Of a DNA stretch of 64,000 nt, positions 1-9,200 are shown piece by piece. The translations under genes and the position numbers were made by a program. The notes beneath the pieces are model-generated. The model was given only the letters and a program-made list of their open reading frames with translations. It searched no databases and had not been told where the DNA came from. Source of the DNA: an uncultured Alphaproteobacteria bacterium (GTDB lineage: Bacteria; Pseudomonadota; Alphaproteobacteria; Rs-D84); contig CALXXD010000002.1 of the NCBI GenBank assembly GCA_944392595.1, positions 65,027-129,026 on the forward strand. Reading direction: 5' to 3'. Every line of letters begins with the position of its first letter. Within the stretch, counting starts at the first letter, position 1.

Positions 1-62
1 AATACCCACAATCCGCCAAATGATTCAACAAATTCAACGATAAAAAACAGCGGGATGTTATT

Positions 63-749
63 ATGAATACTTTTCCTGAATCACGTTTGGCGCATGAATA
101 TCTGGATGGTTTGAACGGGTGTGAAATCGGTGCAAGCCCTGAAAATCCGTTTAATATTCGGGGTGGGGCGTATTGTAATATTGACATACCTGCGACGGAC
201 AGAATTTCGCATAACGCATATTATCACAACGATTTCGCAGTAAATATTTTTGCAGATGGCGCGCATTTACCATTCAAAGATAATTGTATGGATTACGTAT
301 TGTCTTCGCATGTTGTCGAACATTTTTTTGATACGATTGGTGCAATATCAGAATGGCTGCGTGTAATTCGTCCCGGCGGATATGTGTTTATGATAATTCC
401 GCACAAAGACAGAATTTATGACATAAATCGCCCTGTGACGACGGTGTCGGAATTACTTGCCCGGCACAGCGGAAAATTAACGCGTGAAAATTATATAGTT
501 CGTAAAAATCCGGGCTATGAATTGGGTACAGATATAAATGCGGTTTATGCATCGCCTGATTTTATAAAAATATCAGACGAAATTCCCGACGGTTATATGC
601 GCCTGGACAACGATCCGCGCCATCATTTATCAGTATGGAATTATGATAATATGACAGAACTGTGTAACACAATGGGCTGGAACATAAAACACGCGTCCCC
701 CACAGATGACAAAGTCGGCAACGGATTTACAATAATATTGACGAAATAA
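63..749 (+). CDS. Class I SAM-dependent methyltransferase (Methyltransf_11-like)
   Basis: The 228-aa ORF contains ...MDYVLSSHVVEHFFD...WLRVIRPGGYVFMIIPHKD, the typical post-motif I/III region of small-molecule or glycan methyltransferases. The ATG is at 63. Confidence 0.6.
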   Translation: MNTFPESRLAHEYLDGLNGCEIGASPENPFNIRGGAYCNIDIPATDRISHNAYYHNDFAVNIFADGAHLPFKDNCMDYVLSSHVVEHFFDTIGAISEWLRVIRPGGYVFMIIPHKDRIYDINRPVTTVSELLARHSGKLTRENYIVRKNPGYELGTDINAVYASPDFIKISDEIPDGYMRLDNDPRHHLSVWNYDNMTELCNTMGWNIKHASPTDDKVGNGFTIILTK

Positions 750-847
750 AAATGAGTTTTACATTCCCATATTGCTTTTATGGCTTGATTTGCCGTGTTA
801 TACCTGTATAATTGTGAATAAAATACCAGGAAATAAGGAATACAGCA

Positions 848-1741
848 ATGAAAATATTTTTCAAAAAACGGCATCCATCTGGATTGCGTGAAATTTACCT
901 GTGCGGTATCAAAATATTCAGTTATCGAAAACGTATTCCAGGTTGGTTTCAAATGGTCTCGTACGAAGATTTACTTGCAGACTTTTTATATTATGTTCCA
1001 AATTCTGATGTTTTTCGGCCGAAAATTTTGAATGTCCCCCAGACTCTGGACAAGTTATTGCACAGTCGTGACAGTATCGCACGATATGGCGATGGCGAAA
1101 TGGAAATAATGAATGGTGGCAAGATACCGTTTCAAGATTATGATGCGGAATTAGCAAATCGCTTAAAATCTATTATAAAAACATCTTATTCAAACGTTAT
1201 GTTGGGTATTCCATATACGTATTTCTTTCCAAAATTTTTACCAGAACGCTCGGAAGAAATAAAACAGTGGAATTACACACGAATTCCAAAGTACAGACGT
1301 GATTTTTTACAATGTATAGATAAGGGATTGGAATATTGTGCCGCGGAAATATCCACCCTTGATGGCGCGTCTTCTGAAACCTATGAAATGTTCAGGAAAT
1401 TATGGAACGGTAAAAATATCGCCATAATCACATGCAAAAGTTTATGGGATAAAGTTGAATATAATATTTTTGATAATGCCCGTAAAATTCACAATATCTG
1501 GGTGCCGAACAAGAATGCGTGGTCTGATACTGAACGCGTATTATCTGAAATCTGCAAATTGCCAAAAAGTGTGATGATAATATTGATGTGTGGGCCTGCG
1601 GCCACCGTTTGGGCGGTTGATTTGGCGAAACGTGGATACCGCGCGCTGGACATCGGTCATGTCTTAAAGGGATATTATTTCTTTATGCACAACATTGATA
1701 AAAATTCAAGTGCCGAGGCCGAGTTTTATCAACCAGATTAA
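848..1741 (+). CDS. GT-D fold glycosyltransferase (DUF1792-like)
   Basis: The 297-aa ORF has an N-terminal SIARYGDGEMEIM that matches the (R/K)FGDGE signature of DUF1792/GT-D enzymes. It follows the methyltransferase on the same strand. Confidence 0.5.
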   Translation: MKIFFKKRHPSGLREIYLCGIKIFSYRKRIPGWFQMVSYEDLLADFLYYVPNSDVFRPKILNVPQTLDKLLHSRDSIARYGDGEMEIMNGGKIPFQDYDAELANRLKSIIKTSYSNVMLGIPYTYFFPKFLPERSEEIKQWNYTRIPKYRRDFLQCIDKGLEYCAAEISTLDGASSETYEMFRKLWNGKNIAIITCKSLWDKVEYNIFDNARKIHNIWVPNKNAWSDTERVLSEICKLPKSVMIILMCGPAATVWAVDLAKRGYRALDIGHVLKGYYFFMHNIDKNSSAEAEFYQPD

Positions 1742-1770
1742 TCAAGGTTATTGCCAGTTATACTTTTTGT

Positions 1771-2265
1771 ATGTATAATCATCACATGGAAATAAAAACG
1801 AATGTTATGCGGGTGTTGGACGCGCGGCATATTCCGTATGAATCTTATTCATACGTTGGCACAGGCGCGCTGAACGGTGGTGAAGTTGCCGCCGCGTTAA
1901 ATCAAAATCCGGCCCAGGTTTTCAAAACGCTGGTAACGGTTGCGCGTTCGGGCAATCACTATGTCTTTATGGTGCCTGTGTGCGCAGAATTAGATTTGAA
2001 ACGTGCCGCCACGGCGGTCGGCGAAAAATCAATTGATATGTTAAAATCGCGCGATTTATTGGGATTAACGGGATATGTACATGGCGGATGCAGTCCAATC
2101 GGCATGAAAAAACAATTCAAAACCGTGGCGGATTCGTCGGCGTTGAATTTTGACACAATTATATTCAGCGCGGGCCGCATTGGTTATCAAGTACGTGTCG
2201 CGCCGTCTGATTTATCAAAAATTATTCCGCTGACTTTTGCCGATTTGTGCGCACCACAGAATTAA
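1771..2265 (+). CDS. ybaK: Cys-tRNA(Pro)/Cys-tRNA(Cys) deacylase YbaK
   Basis: Collinear with YbaK/EbsC: VFKTLV..., GYVHGGCSPIGMKKQFKTV. An alternative start is ATG 1786 (MEIKTN), which lies 6 nt after a TTGCCA-18-TATAAT promoter-like motif at 1751-1780. Confidence 0.8.
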   Translation: MYNHHMEIKTNVMRVLDARHIPYESYSYVGTGALNGGEVAAALNQNPAQVFKTLVTVARSGNHYVFMVPVCAELDLKRAATAVGEKSIDMLKSRDLLGLTGYVHGGCSPIGMKKQFKTVADSSALNFDTIIFSAGRIGYQVRVAPSDLSKIIPLTFADLCAPQN

Positions 2266-3136
2266 AAAATTTTAATACATCGCGTTGTACTTGTGCGAAA
2301 TTCGTTTCCATCAATAATTCGTGACGCGCGCCCGGATATATGATTAAAGTTAAATTTTCAACACCGCCCGCGCGATACATTCTGTACAGTGAATTGGCGA
2401 AACGTCCGTTAAAACTTACCATATCGCGCCCGCCACTGATAATCAGCATCGGCAATTCTGGATTTGCATATCCAGACAGTTTGATTAAATTTTTGAACAA
2501 AGAATAATAAAATCCGTATGAAAAATATTGCGCGCGCATGGGGTCTGCGTTGTGTGCAGCGACCTGGGCGGCATCGCGTGTTAAACGACTGCCGCCGTGT
2601 ATTGTGCGCCCACGAATTGGTGAAAAATATTCTAAAAATCGCGCGGGGGCATCTGGACCAAATAATTTCATCCCAACAAAAGCCGCCGTCACCGCGGGCG
2701 CCAACAACGCCAACGGATATTTTGCAGAACCCGACAAACATACCCCGGCCGTGGCCAAATCGGGTTCTTGGATTATTCTTTGTGTGATAAAACTGCCATA
2801 ACTGTGTCCGAACAACAACACAGGCAACTTGTATTTTCTGCGCAGATATTTTGTAATTGCGATTTCATCGTCGGCCGTGGCGGAAAATAAATCATATTCG
2901 CCATTTGGTTTTCCTATGTTTTTTGTGTCGCCTGCGGTGCGGCCATGCGCGCGATGATCGTCGCCAAACACGATATATCCATGCTTGTTCAAAAATTTTG
3001 CGAATCTGTCATATCGCATAACATGTTCGTCCATGCCGTGAATAATTTGCACAACGCCAACGGGGCGGGGCGCATCATCCCACAGCGAACATATTAATTT
3101 TTTACCATCACGTGCGGTAAATTTAATTTCTTTCAT
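2222..3136 (-). CDS. Alpha/beta hydrolase (lysophospholipase / monoacylglycerol lipase-like)
   Basis: Has a GHSYGS nucleophile elbow and an HGMDEH...FGDDHRAHG oxyanion region. The likely start is MKEIKF (cat at 3134-3136). The longer ORF reaching 3211 has no supporting features. Confidence 0.75.
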   Translation of the reverse strand: MKEIKFTARDGKKLICSLWDDAPRPVGVVQIIHGMDEHVMRYDRFAKFLNKHGYIVFGDDHRAHGRTAGDTKNIGKPNGEYDLFSATADDEIAITKYLRRKYKLPVLLFGHSYGSFITQRIIQEPDLATAGVCLSGSAKYPLALLAPAVTAAFVGMKLFGPDAPARFLEYFSPIRGRTIHGGSRLTRDAAQVAAHNADPMRAQYFSYGFYYSLFKNLIKLSGYANPELPMLIISGGRDMVSFNGRFANSLYRMYRAGGVENLTLIIYPGARHELLMETNFAQVQRDVLKFFNSVVRTNRQKSAE

Positions 3137-3208
3137 TGCGTTACACCCCTTGGTACATTTGAATGTTATAAAAATCAGTTTATTAATAATACAGGTATGA
3201 ATTCCGTA

Positions 3209-3247
3209 CAAAACAAACCCCGCGATATTCGCGGGGTATTTTGTTTT
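3209..3247. terminator. Bidirectional rho-independent terminator after the giant gene
   Basis: Stem CCCCGCG (3218-3224), loop ATATT, stem CGCGGGG (3230-3236). T/A runs flank it on both strands. Confidence 0.7.
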
Positions 3248-3259
3248 GCGATTGCCAAA

Positions 3260-6200
3260 TTACCACATTGTGAAACCTTCGTTACAGGTTCGGACACACT
3301 TCTTTCTGGATTCGTTCCAAACCATAGTACCCGTTTCGTCACTGTATTCTTCGAATGGGCAAATCTGAACGCATTCGCCATATTCCAAATTATACAGTTC
3401 GCCTTGGTCCATACACGATGCGATTTCGCATTCTTGGACATAACTGCTGACCGCCACAGTACCATTTGCGCCGTACTTGTTTTTGCATTCGCCGCATTGT
3501 TTTGTATGGTCATTGGTCAAAGACGGGTCGCTGGTATATCCTGGGTCGCATTGCGTTGCGACACATTCGCCCCAACCATTGATATCATGATTCCATTCTT
3601 TGAATCCGACACCATTTTCAACATTGCATGGTTGGACATCAGATACACATGCGTTCGACGAAACATGGTAACCATATTCGCATTCTTTTATCATACAAGA
3701 ACCGAAACTCTTTTTGTTAAAGTCCCATGTTACTTCGGCATAGACCGCGTTTGGCGCGCTGCATTCTTGGATATTATATTCGCAACGATCGCCATTCGGA
3801 TGATATCCAGACGCACACACAGCAATCTGACATACGCCGCCATCCTTGTATGATAACGCATGTTCGCGGTTACACGGTTCGCAAACGCCGTCAATCATTT
3901 CGTACCCAGCGTTGCACGATTTTTCGATACATACGCCATCCACAATTTCGCACGGGTTACCACTTTCAGACTGACCCTGGTATTCGCATTCGTTTGGATA
4001 GAACGCTTTATCACTGACCGGTACAGCCGTACCATTGATAACATCATACGCTTCACAGGTGTGATAACACTGACTTGCATCGGTTGCGCCCGGCAATGAC
4101 AACGGCCATTCGCCATTACCCAAATCGGCACACGATTTAACATCTTGGCCCGGCACATCTGGGTCTGGATCGATTGTTCCGTCACAGAAACTGCCTTCGG
4201 GACATTCTGTGCATGCGCCATTTTCCAGTGTATATCCAACCTGGCACCGTGTAACTTGACACGTATCTGGCGCGCCATAGTAATCACGACCTGACATTTC
4301 AAGCGCATTTGCAACCTTCGCGCATTCACGCCAGCACATCGCAACGTCTTCCGTGCCTGCATCCGAATTCGGATACAATCCACCGGTCAGCGATGCGCAT
4401 GTTTTTTCAGTACCTTCGTCGCATACGCTGCCTTCTGGGCAATCGATACAAGTATTGCCCACTTGCGAAAATCCTTCGTCGCACGCGATTACGGTACAAG
4501 TTTGACAATTCAACGTATAATCGGCGTCGGATTCGTCATAGTTACAGGTCTGTTGCCCTGAACCGTTGGTGATGTCGCACGCCATATCGGTACGATAGCA
4601 ATCCGATGATGCGCCACTGGTTGTGCCGTTGGTAACGCCGCCCAGCGGACATTCGTGACGTGCCATATCCACGGCGGGACTGTAATAATTCCGACCCACC
4701 GGCACACAGTCAGTTTCCGTCAGATTGCGGTCGAAATAATAACCAGCATCACAACTTGTCATGGTTACATCTTGGCAACTGGATTCATAAATTGCACTGT
4801 CGCCTTCGCCACTGGTATAGAAGCACTTGTTTTCACCAGCACCGTGTTCAGCCTGATACGGCAAGCCATCTTGGTTACACAGTTTTATGTCTTCTGCGGT
4901 TTCGGTATCAGTCTTTCCGCCCGCAGGGCACAGATGACGTTCAGTGTCATTTTGGTTACTGTAATAATTGTTGCCAACCACACTGCAATCTTTATCGGTG
5001 CTGTTTGCCAACCAGTACCCGCCACGACACGTTTCGATTTTCCACGTATCGCAGTCGCGCTGATACACCGCATCAATGCCATCGCCACTGGTATAGAAGC
5101 ACCGTTGTGTTCCTGCACCATTCATTGCCGTATATGGAATTTCGGTCTTAAAGCAATCCTGGATTTTGGTTGCAGTTTCCGACTCGGTATTGCCGCCGTT
5201 TGGACATTGATTACGTGTGGTGATATCGTCGCCGCTGTAATATCCGCGCCCAACCGCAACGCAGTCCGTGTCGTCATTGGATTCCAGCCAATAACCTGCG
5301 ACACAACTGTCGATTGCAATATCGCGACAACTTGCACTGTACGACTTTGCAGCATCGTCCCAATTGCACGTCTGGGTCCCAGAACCGTTTGTCGCACTGT
5401 ATGCCAACTTTGTCTTATAGCACGCAGTTACAGATTCAGAATTGCTGACCGACAACCCATTTTCAGGGCAACTGTAATGACCTTCGGCCGTGCCAGTGTC
5501 GGTTGCAAAATCACCACCCGGACAGTAATGATTTGCTTCGCACGGTGCGCATTCTGAACCATTGCCGGTATAATATGTGCCGGGTGCGCAATTCATTGTG
5601 CCCTTGGACCACCTTGCAAATATGGTCGCATCGTCCGTTGTAAAGGTCAGGGCGTTTTCATTCGTCTGGAACGCGCCGGCCGCATTGACCAGTTGCACCC
5701 CGCCAGATGTTGCGCTGTAATACCCCGCAAATTCATATCCGGTCTTGGACGGCACAGTTGTCAAAGTCGTGATGTCTGATGTTGCAGCACTGTTGCTGAA
5801 CCAACCAGTCGCATATTTCAGATACACGTCACTTGGCGCGCCATTTGTGTCTGCATCTTGGTGATCCAGTGTCACCGCATAAACATTCGGCATCCACACA
5901 GCATATAACGTAACATTTGTACCATTTTCGGATATATTCAGATTGGTGGATTGCCCGGCGTAATAACATGTGCCCGTGCCATCTTTGTTTTTGCACCACT
6001 TGTTCTGACCAGAATATCCCGGACGCGTCAGCACATCGTTGGCGGGCAATTCGCATGCGCCACTGTCGAACACGCATTCGATGCTGGCGGGTGTTGAACC
6101 CGTACCGCCGTTTTTATCCAACGTCACAGTATATCTGTTGGCAACACAAGTCGGACTGTCAGAATTGTTATCCTGGACGGTATATCCTGTATCGCACGTT

Positions 6201-9200
6201 ACCGCATAAGAGCACGCCGCATATTCGGTTTTGCTTATACCAAACACAGTGTTATCTTTGGCCGCAACAGACGATGCGTGTTCCACATCCAAATCGCACG
6301 CCATATAGCAATCTGTGTAACTGTCGGCATTTTCAGACGATTCCACAATACCACCGGTTGGATTTACTGGGCATTTTGTCTGTTCTGTATCTGGATACGG
6401 GCTGTAAAATCCTGTTTCAGTGGATTCGCACAAGAACGCATTTTGTGTCTTGTAATAATAACCCGCATCGCAACTTTTTACCTTTTGTATCGAGCAAGAT
6501 ATATAGTCCGTAGCGGTCACGTGCCAGTTGCACTTTGCAGACGCCACACCATTATCAAACCCGTCATAGTCTTCAAATATCTTGTAACATTGGGTCGGTG
6601 ATACAGCGCCCGTGCCGTCTGTCATACCGCCGTCGGGACATTCATACACTGTACCGTCACCTGGGCAATAGTGGTCTTCTGGGCATTGTGTCGGGTCGCC
6701 AAATTCACAAACTGGATTTGCTGTACCGTTGCCACTGGCCACGTAATTTTCATTACATTGCACGGTGTAAGTACATTGATTATAATCGCTGCCGTTGTAA
6801 TAAGCGGGACCATCGCTGTTTGCAACGCCACCAACCGCATTTGCAACCGGTTTGGTCGCAGGGCAGGTAACAAAGCACTCGGTTACAGATTCCGCACCGG
6901 CCACAGACGACCCGTCGCCAGGACAAGTCTGGGGTCCTTTGCCTTCTTCACAGTACGATCCCTCGGGGCAATCTTCGGGTTCGCCGCTGTCCGTACCACC
7001 GGGACAATTGACGCCCGCTTCGCACATTTCGCACGTGGCGTTGATTGTGTTTTGATTCACCGCCACATAACCGGCCTCACATGTTGCGGTATATGTACAT
7101 GTTGGATACTTCGCGCCGTCCCAATATTGCCGGTCATCGGTATCACTTGCATTCGATGTCAGTGTCCCACCGGTGATATACCCAACGCGGTCGCATTCAA
7201 CATAGCAGCCATTTTGTGATGTTGCTGTTCCATCGGATGTACCGGGGGCGATACATTGTTGCGGTTCGCTGCCATCAGGCGGGCAATATTGACCCGGTTG
7301 GCATTCGCCGACAAACTTACACCATGGTACTGCGGTGTGGTTTTCTTGCACTTCGTAATCTTCATTGCAGACCACGTTATACGTACAGGTCGGATAACCG
7401 CCGGTATCAACGTCGTAATATTTTCTGCCATCGGATGTTACAGAATATGCATTATCAACATGTAATTCAATTATACATGCGTCATAGCATTCTTCGATAC
7501 TGCCTGCACCCGCATCGGACCAACCCACGCCTGTGCCAACGGGCGGACAAGTTTTCGCAATACCGCCCTCGCAGTAATCACCGGCCGTGCATTCTTCTGT
7601 TGTTGTGCCTGTGCCACCCGGGCATATAACGCCATCTTCGCACGGCGTGCATGACGCGCTTGCGCTGCTTTGATTTATTGCAACATAACCAGCATCGCAA
7701 TCTGCCGTATATGTACAGGACGGATATTCACTGCCGTTCCAATTCATTTGTGCATTTATTGGTGATAATTCGCCACCTGTAATATCACTGCTTTGGCATG
7801 TGATATAGCATTGCGTTTTATCAGACGCACTTGCCGGACTGGTTGCACCATTGCCGCACGGTACGTTACATCCAGATTGGCCAACCTGGACATTGCCTGT
7901 GCCGGGGCAATAATCGCCCGGTTTGCAATTTTGCAACACGCCACTTTCATCATAGTATTTACCAGCCTGACATTCATAAAACGTCTGTGTCCAGCACGCA
8001 TACCGTGTCGCAGAACCCATAAACACTTCTTGGAACACGCCGCTTTCACAACTTGGATCGGCGCCCCATCCGGTAAATGCGTATCCTGTGCGTTCAACGC
8101 CTTCGCGTGGTAATTCACATGGCACGCCGTGCAAACAAGTCTTGCTGGCTGGGGCGGTGCCCGTTCCTTGATTCTTGTTCAGCGTGATTGTGTATTCGTC
8201 TGGTTCGCACGTCAAACCGTTGTCGGACAAATGATAACCATCGTCACATGTGAATGTATCTTCACTGCCTTCGGTTCCACAGTTGTTCGAATTTTCAGGG
8301 CACGCCTGGCACGCGGATTCCAATACATAAAATCCAGACTTACACTGGGTCGGTACGCATGTATCGCCTTTGCCCTGGGTCATATAACCGGACACAGTAA
8401 CCGCATTCGGTACATCGGCCGCAACGCACGCACGTTGGCAATCAGCGGTTGTTTCATTGCTGCACACATCGTAATTGTCACCCGAAAATTCACCACTGCA
8501 CTGCACAAAGCAACTTGTGCATCCATTGCCATTCGGATATTGTGTGGCCGAACAATCGCATGTTCCCGATGCGCCCGTATTTTTGTCGCACGGTTCCCAC
8601 ACAGCGGTAAAGTTAATATCTGTGGTGTATTCCCAATTGAACGTGGTGCTGGGTTGGAAAGTTTCGCCCAGTCCATCAGACCATCCACCAAACGTAAATC
8701 CAGGCCGTTTGCAGGTATTTTGTCCTTTGACCTCGTAATTTTCGGCATACAACTGTGACGAGCCCCCCGGCGCATTACCAGTCGCGCCCGTGCCACACGA
8801 ATAAGATACCTTATACGCATGCGCGGTACAACTTAATCCATCCAAAGATACATCATACCCGGCATCGCACACAACGCCCGCCAAAGAACACTGCTTTGCG
8901 GATACGCTGCATTCTTTATCAACTTGGTTTTGAATACCCGTTTCAAATTCTTCGGTATTCCAAGTACATGATGCGGCATGTTCAGGACACGCGCCTTGAC
9001 CCGGGTCGGTACATGGCACATTGCATGCCATGGTACATTGATTCGGGTTTGTCGAACCCTGGGGCGCAGTATATCCACCTTCGCACGCCGGGCATGTTAT
9101 ACCACTTGCATACCGATTCGCTTCGCATACAACGCTTGCCACGGGCTTGGTGCAACTTAATTCATCCACAGTCTTGCATTCGCCAACATAATCACCATCA

